Assembly (NCBI RefSeq): GCF_018350175.1
Contig: NC_058368.1
Span: 55,864,001 to 55,928,000 of the forward strand
Direction of reading: 5' to 3'
From: Felis catus
Taxonomy: Eukaryota
DNA length: 64,000 bases
The position numbers were made by a program, and so were the translations under genes. Positions within the stretch are counted from its first letter, which is position 1, and every line of letters starts with the position of its first letter. This document shows, in pieces, positions 25,351-38,460 of this stretch. The notes beneath the pieces were generated by a model that was given only the letters and a program-made list of their open reading frames with translations, made no database searches and was not told the DNA's origin.

Positions 25351-28300
25351 CAGGATCCACATAAGAGTGAAAACATATGGTATCTGTCTTTCTCTGTATG
25401 GCTTATTTCACTTAGCATCACAACATCACATTCTCCAGTTCCATCCACGTTTCTACAAAGGGCCATATTTCATTCTTTCTCATTGCCACATAGTACTCCA
25501 TTGTATATATAAACCATAATTTCTTTATCCATTCATCAGTTGATGGACATTTAGGCTTTTTCCACAATTTGGCTATTGTTGAGAGTGCTGCTATAAACAT
25601 TGTGGTACAAGTGCCCCTATGCATCAGTACTCCTGTATCCTTTGGGTAAATTCCTAGCAGTGCTATTGCAGGGTCATAGGGTAGGTCTATTTTTAATTTT
25701 TTGAGGGACCTCCACACTGTTTTCCAGAGTGGCTGTACTATTTTGCATTCCCCCCAACAGTGCGAGAGGGTTCCCGTTTCCCCACATCCTTGCCAGCATC
25801 TATAGTCTCCTGATTTGTTCATTTTGGCCACTGTGCCTGGCGTGAGGTGATATCTGAGTGTTGTTTTGATTCGTATTTCCCTGATGAGGAGCGATGTTGA
25901 GCATCTTTTCATGTGCCTGTTGGCCATCTGGATGTCTTCTTTAGAGAAGTGTCTATTCATGTTTTCTGCCCATTTTTCACTGGGTTATTTGTTTTTTGGG
26001 TATGGAGTTTGGTGAGCTCTTTATGGATTTTGGATACTAGCCCTTTGTCTGATATGTCATTTGCAAATATCTTTTCCCATTCCATTGGTTGCCTTTTAGT
26101 TTTGTTGATTGTTTCCTTTGCAGTGCAGAAGCTTTTTATCTTCATGAGGTCCCAATAGTTCATTTTTGCTTTTAATTCCCTTGCCTTTGGAGATGTGTCA
26201 AGTAAGAAATTGCTACGGCTGAGGTCAGAGAGGTCTTTTCCTGCTTTCTCCTCTAGGGTTTTGATGGTTTCCTGTCTCACATTCGGGTCCTTTATCCATT
26301 TTGAGTTTATTTTTGTGAATGGTGTTAGAAAGTGGTCTAGTTTCATTCTTCTGCATGTTGCTGTCCAGTTCTCCCAGCACCATTTGTTAAAGAGACTGTC
26401 TTTTCCATTGGATGTTCTTTCCTGCTTTGTCAATGATGAGTTGGCCATACGTTTGTGGGTCTAGTTCTGGGGTTTCTATTCTATTCCATTGGTCTATGTG
26501 TCTGTTTTTGTGCCAATACCATGCTGTCTTGATGATGACAGCTTTGTAGTAGAGGCTAAAGTCTGGGATTGTGATGCCTCCTGCTTTGGTCTTCTTCAAA
26601 ATTACTTTGGCTATTCGAGGCCTTTTGTGGTTCCATATGAATTTTAAGATTTCTTGTTCTAGCTTCAAGAAGAATGCTGGTGCAATTTTGATTGGGATTG
26701 CATTGAATGTGTAGATAGCTTTGGGAAGTATTGGCATTTTAACAATATTTGTTCTTCCAACCCATAAGCACGGAATGTTTTTCCATTTCTTTATATCTTC
26801 TTCAATTTCCTTCATAAGCTTTCTATAGTTTTCAGCTTACAGATCTTGTACATCTTTGGTTAGATTTATTCCTAGGTATTTTATGCTTCTTGGTGCAGTT
26901 GTGAATGGGATCAGTTTCTTTATTTGTCTTTCTGTTGCTTCATTATTAGCGTCTAAGAATGCAACTGATTTCTGTACATTGATTTTGTATCCTGCAACTT
27001 TGCTGAATTCACGTATCAGTTCTAGTAGACTTTTGGTGGAGTCTATCGGATTTTCCATGTATAATATCATAATATCATGTCATCTGCAAAAAGTGAAATC
27101 TTGACTTCATCTTTGCCAATTTTGATGCCTTTGATTTCCTTTTGTTGTCTGATTGCTGATGCTAGAACTTCCAACACTCTGTTAAACAACAGCAGTGAGA
27201 GTGGGTATCCCTGTCCTGTTCCTGATCTCAGGGGGAAAGCTCTCAGTTTTTCCCATTGAGGATGATGTTAGCTGTGGGCTTTTCATAAATGGCTTTTATG
27301 ATGTTTAAGTATGTTCCTTCTATCCCGACTTTCTCGAAGGTTTTTATTAAGAAAGGATGCTGAATTTTGTCAAATGCTTTTTCTGCATCGATTGACAGGA
27401 TCATATGGTTCTTATCTTTTCTTATATTAATATGATGTATCACGTTGATTGATTTGCAAATGTTGAACCAGCCCTGCATCCCAGGAATGAATCCCACTTG
27501 ATCATGGTGAATAATTCTTTTTATAAGCTGTTGAATTCAATTTGCTAGTATTTTGTTGAGAATTTTTGCATCCATATTCATCAGGGATATTGGCCTGTAG
27601 TTCTCTTTTTGTACTGGGTCTCTGTCTGGTTTAGGAATGAAAGTAATACTGGCTTCATAGAATGAATCGCAAAGTTTTCCCTCCCTTTCTATTTTTTGGA
27701 ATAGCTTGAGGAGGATAGGTACTATCTCTGCTTTAAAAGTCTGGTAGAACTCCTCTGGGAAGCCATCTGGTCATGGACTCTTATTTGTTGGGAGATATTT
27801 GATAACTGATTCAAATTCTTCACTGGTTATGGGTCTACTCAACCTTTCTATTTCTTCCTGTTTGAGTTTTGGAAGTGTGCGGGTGTTTAGGAATTTGTCC
27901 ATTTCTTCCAGATTGTCCAGTCTGTTGCCATATAATTTTTCATAGTATTCCCTGATAATTGCTTGTATCAATCAGGGATTGGTTGTAATAATTCCATTTT
28001 CATTCATGATGTTATCTCTTTGAGTGATATCCCTTTTCTTTTTGAGAAGCCTGGCTAGTGGTTTATCAATTTTGTTTATTTTTTCAAAAAACCAACTCGG
28101 TTTCATTGATCTGCTCAACAGTTTTTTTAGATTCTATATTGTTTGTTTCTGCTCTGATCTTTATTACTTCTCTTATTCTGATGGGTTTGGGGTATCTTTC
28201 CTGCTCTGCTTCTATTTAGGTGTGCTGTTAGATTTTGTATTTGGGATTTTTCTTGTTTCTTGAAATAGGCCTGGATTGCAATGTATTTTCCTCTCAGGAC

Positions 28301-29166
28301 TGCCTTCGCTGCGTCCCAAAGCCTTTGGATTGTTGTATTTTCATTTTCGTTTGTTTCCATATATTTTTGAATTTCTTCTCTTGACCCATTCATTCTTTAG
28401 TAGGGTGTTCTTTAACCTCCATGCTTTTGGAGGTTTTCTAGACTTTTTCCTGTGGTTGATTTCAAGCTTCATAGCACTGTGGTCTGAAAGTATGCGTGGT
28501 ATGATCTCAATTCTTATATACTTATGAAGGGCTGTTTTGTGACCCAGTATATGATCTATCTTGGAGAATGTTCCATGTGCACTCGAGAAGAAAGTGTCTT
28601 CTGTTGCTTTGGGGTGCAGAGTTCTAAATATATCTGTCAAGTCCATCTGATCCAATGTCTCATTCAGGGCCCTTGTTTCTTTATTGACCATGTGTCTAGA
28701 TGATCTATCCATTGTTGTAAGTGGGGTATTAAAATCCCCTGCAATTACCACATTCTTGTCAATAAGGTTGCTTATGTTTATGAGTAATTATTTTATATAT
28801 TTGGGGGCTCCCATATTCGGCACATAGACATTTATAATTGTTATTTCTTCTTGACGGATAGATCCTGTAATTATTATATAATGCCCTTCTTTATCTCTTG
28901 TTACAGCCTTTAATTGAAAGTCTAGTTTGTCTGATATAAGTATGGCTACTCCAGCTTTCTTTTGACTTCCCGTAGCATGATAAATAGTTCTCCCTCCCTT
29001 CACTTTCAGTCTGAAATTGTCCTCAGGTCTAAAATGAGTCTCTTGTAGACAGCAAATAGATGGGTCTTGTTTTTTTTATCCATTCTGATACCCTATGTCT
29101 TTTGGCTGGCGCATTTAGTCCATTTCCATACAGTGTTATTATAGAAAGATATGGATTTAGAGTCAT
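25351..29166 (-). pseudogene. LINE-1 ORF2 (endonuclease/reverse transcriptase), frameshifted
   Basis: MTLNPYLSIITL start, [46 protein letters not shown] at 27079-27090, CWENW, HCWGECK; split into many ORFs. Confidence 0.95.
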
Positions 29167-29216
29167 TGTGATGTCTTTCGGTTTCATGCTTGTAGCGATG
29201 TCTCTGATACTTTGTC

Positions 29217-30103
29217 TCACAGGATCCCCTTAGGATCTCTTGTAGGGCTGTTTTAGTGGTGATGAATTTCTTCAGTTTTTGTTTGTTTGGGAAGACCTTT
29301 AACCCCCCTCTATTCTAAATGACAGATTTGTTGGATAGGGGATTCTCGGCTGCATATTTTTCTGTTCATCACGTTGAAGATTCCCTGCCATTCCTTTCTG
29401 GCCTGCCAAGTTTCAGTAGAGAGATCAGTCACTAGTCTTATCGGTCTCCCTTTATATGTTAGAGCACGTTTATCCCTAGCTGCTTTCAGAATTTTCTGTT
29501 TATCCTTGTATTTTGCCAGTTTCACTATGATATATTGTGCAGAAGATCGATTCAAGTTATGTCTGAAGGGAGTTCTCTGTGCCTCTTGGATTTCAATGCC
29601 TTTTTCCTTCCCCAGATCATGGAAGTTCTCAGCTATGATTTCAAGTACACCTTCAGCACCTTTCCCTCTCTCTTCGTCCTCTGGAATACCAATTATGTGT
29701 AGATTATTTCTCTTTAGTGCATCACTTAGTTCTCTAATTTTCCCCTCATACTCCTGGATTTTTAATCTCTCTTTTTCTCAGCTTCTTCTTTTTCCATAAT
29801 TTTATCTTCTAGTTCACCTATTCTCTCCTCTGCCTCTTCAATCCAAGCTGTGGTCATCTCCATTTTATTTTGCAGCTCATTTATAGCATTTTTTAGCTCC
29901 TCCTGCCTGTTTATTAGTCCCTTGATCTCTGTAGCAATAGATTCTCTGCTGTCCTTTATACTCTTTTCAAGCCCAGTGATTAATTTTATGAACATTATTC
30001 TAAATTCACTTCTTGTTATATTGTTTAAATCATTTTTGATCAGTTCATTAGCTGTCGTTATTTCCTGGAGGTATTTTTGAGAGGAATTCTTCCGTTTGGT
30101 CAT
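29217..30103 (-). pseudogene. LINE-1 ORF1, frameshifted
   Basis: ATG at 30103 (MTKRKNSSQK), coiled-coil region, KILKAARDK..LTYKGRPIRL..DLSTETWQARKEW. Confidence 0.93.
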
Positions 30104-31015
30104 TTTGGATAGTCCCTGGCGTGGTGAGGACCTGCAGGGCACTTCCCCTGTGCTGTGGTGTATAACTGGAGTTGGTGGGCGGGGCCGCAGTCGGACCTGA
30201 TGTCTGCCCCAGCTCACCGCTGTGGCCACAGTCAGACTGGTGTGTGCCTTCTCTTCCCCTCTTCTAGGGGCGGGATTCACTGTGGGATGGCGTGGCCTGT
30301 CTGGGTTACTTGCACACTGCCAGGCTTGTGGTGCTGGGGATCTGGCGTATTAGCTGGGGTGGATCAGCAAGTTGCACAGGGGCGGGAGGGGCAGGCCTAG
30401 CTTGCTTTTCCTTCAGAGGTCCGATTCGGGAGGGGCCCTGCTGCACTGGGAGGGAGTCAGACCCGCCAGAGGGATGGATCTGCAGAAGCACGGAGTTGAG
30501 TGTTTGCCCCTTGCAAGCAAGTTCCCTGACAGGAACTGGTTCCCTTTGGGATTTTGGCTGGGGTATAGGGGAGGAAGATGGCTCTGGTGAGCACCTTTGT
30601 TCCCCACCAAGCTGCGCTGTGTTGTCCGGGGCTCAACAACTTTCCTTTCTGTTGTCCTCCAGCCCTCCGGTTCTCTGAGCACATCTGTTAACTTATAACC
30701 TTCCAGATGTTAAATCCCACTTGCTGTCAGAACACACTCCATCCAGCCCCTCCGTTTTTGTAAGCCAGATTCGGGGGCTCTGCTTTGCCGGCGGGCTGCC
30801 CCTCCGCCCCGGCTCCCTCCTGCCAGTCCGTGTAGTGAGCACCACCTTGCCGCCCTTCCTACCCTCTTCCGTGGACCTCTTGTCTACACTTGGCTCTGGA
30901 GAATCCGTTCTGCTAGTCTTCTGTCAATGTTCTGGGTTATTTAGGCAGGTGTGGGTGGAATCTAAGTGATCCACAGGATGCGGTGAGCCCAGCATCCTCC
31001 TACGCTGCCATCTTC
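30104..31015 (-). promoter_or_regulatory. LINE-1 5'UTR internal promoter region
   Basis: The only extended GC/CpG-rich tract in the window; YY1-like AAGATGGC at the extreme 5' end; activity not shown. Confidence 0.7.
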
Positions 31016-31075
31016 ACAAAAATTCTTTATATACGTATTTTATGGAGAGCTTTATTCATGAATGGATGTAGAAAA

Positions 31076-34000
31076 TCTTGGGGAAAAAAAAGCCAGAGAG
31101 GAAAAACTAGCATAAAATAAAAATAATGATAGTTACATCAGAATTCTTGTCAGAAACCAATGCAGTCACGAAGTGGAATAAAATATATCAAAGAATAAAA
31201 AAAAAATGTAGAATTATGTATCCAATTAATTCTTTAATGGCAAAGGAAATATAAAGACTCCCTCAGTCAAAACTGAGGACATTTATTGCTAGAACATCTA
31301 CTCCAAGGAAATGCTAAAATTCACCTACAAAGTGAAGGAAAATAATACACATCAGAAACTTGATCCACGTAGAAAAACAAAGTTTTAACACGTGAATAAA
31401 TGAAAGTAAAATAAATCATTTATTTTATTATTCTTAATTAATCTAATAAGCTATTGTTCAAAGTAATAATAGTAACAACATGTTTGGTGACTGAAGCATA
31501 TGGATAAATGAAGTGAATAATACCAATGTTGCAAGTCATGGTAATATTGGGAATAGTCTTTCATAAACTGCCTGTGTTACCTGTGAAGTGGTATAGTCTT
31601 CTTTGAAAATGGATATAGATTAATCATAATTATATATTGCAAGATCTCTGGCAACCACTAAAACATTTGGAATAAATATAATATGTTAAGAAAGTAGAAA
31701 TAACATAATCATAGAAATTAAGCTGTTGAAATCAATTAAAACAGTTGAAGAAAAAGAGTATAAGCAAAGAAAAAGTGCAAATTATAGAAAGCAGTTACAA
31801 ATATAGTAAAAACCAATCTAAACATATTAATAATTGTATTAAATGTAAATGGTATAAGTACATGAAATAAGAGAGATTACCAGTGTGGAAAAAAAAGAAA
31901 TGGCCCTACTACATACTGCCTACAGCAAATCCTCTTTAAATGTAAAGTCACACATAGATTAAAAATAATAGAATGTAGGAAAGTATACAATTTTACACTA
32001 ATTAAAAGAAAGATGGTATGACTATGTTAACTTCAGACAAAACAGACTTCAGAACAAGGAAAAATTAATCAGCAATATAAAGGGTCATTGCTAACAATAA
32101 AGGAGTCAGTTCATCAGCAAGACATAGTGATCATTAACCTTATATGCCCAGCAACAAACCATTAATATACATAAGGTCAACTTGATAGTTCTGCAACAAT
32201 TAATGCAAAAATATACTATTCTATATGGAGACTTATTACTCCTATTTCAATAACAGATACATCAATCAGCCAGGAAATCATTAGGATATAATTGACCTAA
32301 ACAGCACCATCAATCAACCTCATCTTATTTATAATTCTAGAATACAGCATCTAACAACAGTAGAATCCACATTTATCTTAAGGTTTCATTGAAGTGTTCA
32401 CCAAGAATGACCATGTTTTGGATCAAAAAATGCACCTTCACAAATTTAACATGATAAAAATCATACAAAATATGTTCTCACTCCCAACATATTTAAACTA
32501 GAAGTCAATAATAGAAAGATTCTAGGAGAATTCCAAAGTATTTGGGGATTACACAAAGAATCCATGTATCAAGTATCAAGTATCAAGAGGAATTAAGATA
32601 TTTTAAACCAAACAAAAAGAAAATACACTAATCAAATATTGTGTAATGCAGTAAAAACATATTTAGGGGAATATTTATAGTATTAAATATATATTTGGGA
32701 AAATAAGAAAGACTAAATCAATAAACCAAGCTACCATCTCAAGAAGCAAAGGATAGAAGAACAATCTAGGTCTAAAACAAGCAATATAATTAAATAATAA
32801 AATTCCACACAGAATTGAATAGAAAACAGGAAACAGTAAAGAAAATCATCCAAATCTAAAATGCTTATTTGAAAAATATCAATAAAAATAACCCCTGACT
32901 AGGTTAATCATGAAAAATAGAGGGACACATATTACCAATATGAAAGAAGTCATTGTTATGGATCTCCATGACTTTGAAGTATAGTAAAGGAATAATTTGA
33001 ACAACTTTATGTTCAAAAATTTAAAAACTTACATGAAATGGACCAAAACCTTGAAAGACACAAACTATCAAAATTCTCCAAAAGAGGAGGAATCATCTGA
33101 ATACGCTTATATCCATTAAATATAGTGAATAAAATAATAATAACCTTTCAAAACAGAATGCACCAGGCCCAGATAGATTCCCTAGTGAGTGCTGCTAAAC
33201 ATTTAAGAAAGAAATTATACTAACTCTCTACAGTTTCTTTCAGGAGGATTGACGCAGAGGGGAACCCTCATAATTCATATTCCTAATAAAGTCAGCATTA
33301 CTTCGATACCAAAAACAAAGACACTACAATAAAAGAAAATAAAGAATAATGTATCTCACGAATGTAAATGCAAAAATTCTCATAAAATATTACCAAATTC
33401 AACAATGTGTAAAAAGAATTATGTACCATGACCAAGTGGCATCTATTTGAGATATGCAAAGCTCATTCAGTATTTGAAAATCAATTAATATAATATATCA
33501 CATCATGAAAACTCCCATAATTATATAAATAGATTGAAAAAGCATTTGTCAAAATCCAGTACCCATTCATGATTAGAAACTCTCAGCAAAGTAGGAATAG
33601 AGGGGAACTAATTCAACTCAAAAAGAACATGTACAAAACCCTACAGTTAACTTTATATATAATGGTGAAAAACTCTTCTTTCTGGATAAGACTGGGGGAG
33701 TTGGGGGAAAGATTTACCCTCTCATTACTATGTTTCTTCATTGTATTATAAGTCCTTGCTAGTGCAATAAGACAAGAAAAGAAACCAAGTTATACAGATT
33801 ACAAAGGAAGAAATAAAACTTTGTCAGCAGAGCACATTATCATCATGTAGAAAATTAAAAAAAAAATCAACACCAAAAAAGACTTCTCTTATAACTAACA
33901 AGTGATTATAGCATGATTTCAGGGTGCAAGGTTAATATACAGAAGTTAATTGATTTTCTATGTATTAGCAATGAATGAATGGAATTTTAAATTAAAAACA

Positions 34001-34860
34001 TATTACCATTTATATCATCACCCCAAAGTTAAATACTTAGGTTTAAATCTAATAGAGTATGTATATGACCTATATGAGAAAAGCTACACAACTCTGGTTA
34101 AGGATATCAGAGAACTAAATAAATGTTCATGGAAAATAAGACTCAATATTGTCAAGATGTCAGTTGTTCTGAACTTGATCTATAGATTCCACACAGCCCC
34201 AATAAAAATTTCAATAGGTTATTATATAGATATCAACCAACTAATTTTTTTTTACCATTTCTTATAAATTCTTAAGTTTATATGGAAGGGCAAAAGAAAC
34301 TGAATAACTCACTTTTATGGAAGGAGAAGTTGAAAGAATGACTCTGTCTGACTTCAGGCTTAGAGAACTAAATAGAAATGAGCTATCAAGCTATGAAAAG
34401 ACATAAGCATATTTGTAAGTGAAAGAAGCTCATATAAAAAAGCCAAATATTATATAATCCCAACTCTATGGAATTTTAGAAAAGGCAAACTGTGGAAATC
34501 TAAAATAAACAGTGGTTGGCAACCATTGTGGGGGCCAGGATTGGCTGAATAGTCAGGGGACTTGAGGATTTTAGGGCTATGAGAATACTCTAATGATGGA
34601 TACATGACATTATAAGTTTATTTATACCCATTAAATGTGCAACCAAAGGTGAACTCTCAGGTAAACCATGAACTTTGGGTGATTATGGTGTGTTAATGTT
34701 GGTTTTACAATGCAATATACTTTTCTGGTGGGGGATGTTGAATACAGGGGAGGCTACACATGTGTGGAGACAGAGTATATATGAGAAAGTTCTGTACCAT
34801 CCTGTCATTTTTTCTGTGAATTTAAAGCTGCTTTAAAATGAATGTCTAAAAGTAATAAAA
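31076..34860 (+). mobile_element. Ancient L1 (L1MC-like): ORF1 end, decayed ORF2, 3'UTR
   Basis: A-rich sense L1 motifs (CACCAGGCCCAGATAGATTC, KYLGLNL, RLNIVKMSV); 3'UTR AATGAGCTATCAAGCTATGAAAAGACAT...; large deletion near 34360. Confidence 0.85.
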
Positions 34861-36902
34861 TAAAGAAAATATTTGTCATACTCAATACTTGTTCTTTATA
34901 AAAACTGTCACCAACTGGGGAGTTCTCTTTTGGGCCCAACCATTGGTAATTACAATGGCTTTGCTTGGCAAATACGTACCACAATCTCTCATCCTTGTTG
35001 ATTTTTGGAGATGTTTTTTTTTAAAGGTTTTTTCACTTTCTGTTCATGCTTAGGACATTTCCAGAGTTTAAAAAGAAAAAAAAAACCTTTTACCAGTATC
35101 ACTAGATCACTAGCAGTGGGTTAGTGGAGCTCCTTCCTCTGCTATACCCAGGTTGATCTCCTCCTAACTATATTTTGACCCATGAAGTTCTCAGATGTTG
35201 CCCAAGGAACTTAGATGGGAGGTAATATCATGTTTATAAATGCAAATGGAATTAAAAACTTAAAACACATAAGATTAATAAACACCTTGAAGAAAATCAA
35301 AGTTGTTCTTTTTAATATTAGGAAAGAAGTCATATTCAGATTACAGTAGATAAAGCCATGCCAGCGGAATAGAGCTCTAGAGTTGTCTTCATAAAACTTA
35401 AACAATACTTTCCACTGAAAATTATAAAATTAAAAGTCAGGTAGGTAAATGTATCAGTATATATGTGTCAGACTAAGTACTGACTGCCTAAGGAAGTAAA
35501 CTACGCTCACAATTTTTAAAAACTTATGTGTACCTTTCTTTAAATAAGATGCATAAAGACCAAAAACCATATAAAGATACACTCACCACTTTCATTAAGT
35601 TGATGAGTACACAATGCAGTCAAGTCATTTTCATTGTTCTCTCTAGTACTTTATACATGCTGTGTCTAATGCAGTTTGTGTATATCCAAAGCTTAATACA
35701 CAGTGAATACTCAAACAGTTAACTATGGCATTAATAATATTAATAATATTTAATTTTTCTTAGACACTGATAAATCCCTTGTTAGTTTGCACATAACACC
35801 ATTCTTAAAAGCTTTCATAGAGTTAAAATTTTCAACACATTTAATCTGGACTTGGGTTTCTATCAAGGACTGGATGTAAAAATAGTGAAGACTTCTTGCT
35901 TCTCTCCACATGAAGATGTGCTTTTCTTCATTATAGAGAGCTGAGGTAGTTTCAGGAATTTGAATTTCTACCTTTTCTTGCTGCTCACTAGGTGACAAAT
36001 TTTAACTCATGTCACCTAAGGATTCAAGTCTTCATCTCTTGGAAGTCCCAGGCTCTGCTACAGCTTTCAGCTGAATCCAGGATGCTTCCTTTGTCCTTTA
36101 CAAAAATCGAAATATATACCCATAACCCACCAAGAGAGAAATGCTATTGTTCTGTCTTTTGACATTATCTTTTATTCCCTGTTTTTTTTAATTTCAAGAG
36201 TCTTCTTCAATCAATTCTCAAAAAGCTTTTTTTTTTTTTTGTCTGTGGTTGGTTCTGATACAAATAGCTATGATAAGTGCAAACATGAAACAAATGACAC
36301 TGTAGCAGCATATGTTAGGGTGGGTATAAAGAAATGTCACTGAAAGTTACTTGCTTAACTTCACTATATATCCCTAAACTGTGCTCATGAAAGTGGAGAA
36401 TGTGTCTTTATGTGCTTCTTGTGTACGCATCTTATTTGAAGAAAGCTGATATAAGCCTTTTTGGAATTTTGAGCATATATGTATGTATACACACAATTTT
36501 ATAAAATAGTATATCATTATTATAATTTCTCCATGAGGCAGGACATTTTATTGTTGTTATGTAACAAATGCAGCTATGAGATTAAATAATGTGGGTATTA
36601 TCCCACAGGCATATAATAAATCAGGTATAGATTTTTTGATCATGTATTTTTAAAGCACTAAAGGAATAAATTTATTAAAAAAATAAATGAGTGATATAAT
36701 TGTTTTACTACATTACATATGTGGCGTATCCAAAGTAAAGATAGAATACATAACTGGGAAGCTAAAAGTTAGGCTTTGGCAGGAGGCAAAAATAAAAGAA
36801 AGAACCTGGAACATAACTAACGTTTATTAGAGTAAAATCCTGATGAATCTAGATTTAGATATCTACCTATGACGTTAATATCATCTTTAAAATGCATAGA
36901 TA

Positions 36903-37025
36903 GGTGTGCTTGGGTGGCTCAGTCAGTTGACTATCCAATTCTTGATTTCAGCTCAGGTCATGATCCCAGGGTCGTGGGATCAAGCCCTGTGTCAGGTTCT
37001 GTGCTGAGCATGGAGTCTGCTTAAG

Positions 37026-37075
<50 letters not shown>

Positions 37076-37119
37076 CCTCCTACTCTCTCCTGATTGCACA
37101 CATTCTCTCTCTAAAATAA

Positions 37120-37154
<35 letters not shown>

Positions 37155-37157
37155 ATA
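36903..37157 (+). mobile_element. CanSINE with (CT)n and (TAAA)n expansions
   Basis: TSD TAAAATGCAT(A/G)GATA at 36888-36902 and 37158-37172. Confidence 0.94.
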
Positions 37158-37494
37158 TAAAATGCATGGATAATTTTTATGATTATATTATTAATACCAG
37201 AATGTATTTCCCATTATTACGTAAAATTCAGATATCATGAGAGAAAAATGCTTTAAAAATTGACCTCAAAATTAAAATATCATATATCTAATATACCATA
37301 ATCAAAATCCAAAGTCAAAAGAGAAAATAAGTATATGATTACAAAAATATGACAAGGGAAAGAATGACAACCCAGTAAAATATTACGTACAATATACAAG
37401 CAAGTAGTTATTCAAAAGACACACTTGGCAATTAAATAATTGAAAGTTGCTTCGACATCACTGACACTTAAAGGACTATAATCAAAATATGTAC

Positions 37495-37620
37495 AGGGCA
37501 CCTGGTGGCTTAGTCGGTTGAGCATCTGACTCTTGGTTTCAGCTAGGGTCATGATCTCACGGTTTGTGGTTTCTAGCCCTGCATCAGGCTCTGTGCTGAC
37601 AGTATGGAGCCTGCTTGTGA

Positions 37621-37652
<32 letters not shown>

Positions 37653-37676
37653 AATAAATGAGTAAACATTTAAAAA
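37495..37676 (+). mobile_element. CanSINE
   Basis: GGGCACCTGGTGGCTTAGTCGGTTGAGC head, CT tract and tail; TSD weak. Confidence 0.92.
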
Positions 37677-37857
37677 TATATTAAGTGAAATGTTTGTATA
37701 TATGACTTGAGTGAAATGTAAAATTAAGGACACAAATATCGCATTGTTAGGATACCTATTTGGTAAAAAGTCTTCATAATAACTTTCAAAATAAAAATGC
37801 ACAAATAATTTAATATAGCCCTTATGTTAATTGAAAGTATCCTAAAGTAGTTTTTAA

Positions 37858-38055
37858 CGTTTATTTATTTTTGGGACAGAGAGAGACAGAGTATGAACGG
37901 GGGAGGGGCAGAGAGAGGGAAACACAGAATCGGAAACAGGCTCCAGGCTCTGAGCCATCAGCCCAGAGCCCGACGCGGGGCTCAAACTCACGGACCACGA
38001 GATCGTGACCTGGCTGAAGTCGGACGCTTAACCGACTGCGCCACCCAGGCGCCCC
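37858..38055 (-). mobile_element. Young felid CanSINE (SINEC_Fc-type)
   Basis: Near-identical to 15-239; perfect TSD TAAAGTAGTTTTTAA at 37843-37857 and 38056-38070. Confidence 0.97.
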
Positions 38056-38309
38056 TAAAGTAGTTTTTAAGGAGTGGAATAAATATAGTATGTGTCATAA
38101 ATAAAATGATGTTAAAAAAAAACACAGGTAGATTTATGTGTAAGATACAGAAAATCTATAGTCTCAATTACTAAGCTACAACCAAAATACAAAATAGGAG
38201 GTAGAAGACACTTGTAATATTTTTAAAAGATTACATTAGGAACTTAAAAAAAATATCTTTGTGGAGTAGAACAAAAGTGATAAGGAAGGAACAATTGCAT
38301 TTTTTTTTT

Positions 38310-38460
38310 TATGTTAAGGAAAGAGAGAGAATCTCAAGCAGGGTTCACACTGTCACCACAGAGCCCCATGAGGGGCTCAAACTCACCAACTGTGAGAACT
38401 CATGACCTGAGCTGAAACCACGAGTTGGATATTTAACCAACTGAGCCACCCAGGCACCCC
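38310..38460 (-). mobile_element. Short CanSINE
   Basis: Antisense head ...GAGCCACCCAGGCACCCC; flanking repeat TTGCATTTT. Confidence 0.9.

Larger units (their letters stand above)
25094..31015 (-). mobile_element. Full-length felid LINE-1 (~5.9 kb), inactivated
   Basis: 5' start GAAGATGGCAGCGTAGG, GC-rich 5'UTR, ORF1, ORF2 (EN, RT, C-terminal Cys region), 3'UTR, A-rich tail; TSD ACAAAAATT(T)CTTT at 25080-25093 and 31016-31028. Confidence 0.97.
24372..31075 (-). mobile_element. Older L1 in pieces (24372-24436, 24574-25093, 31016-31075) hosting the SINE and the full-length L1
   Basis: Antisense L1 3' end, then antisense ORF2 including the FADD motif (TCATCTGCAAA ~24935-24945); colinear across the young L1 TSD. 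Confidence 0.75.

Noticed and set aside
30104..30280. 59-aa N-terminal extension of L1 ORF1
   Set aside because: It starts at GTG in a GC-rich 5'UTR where stops are rare; the canonical ATG is at 30103
30155..30969. Antisense ORF0-like proteins or a host CpG-island promoter
   Set aside because: Overlapping ORFs in all frames are expected from the GC content; the tract lies wholly inside the L1 5'UTR and shows no recognisable similarity to primate ORF0
25094..31015. Retrotransposition-competent L1
   Set aside because: Many frameshifts and stops in both ORFs, including duplications that are not homopolymer errors
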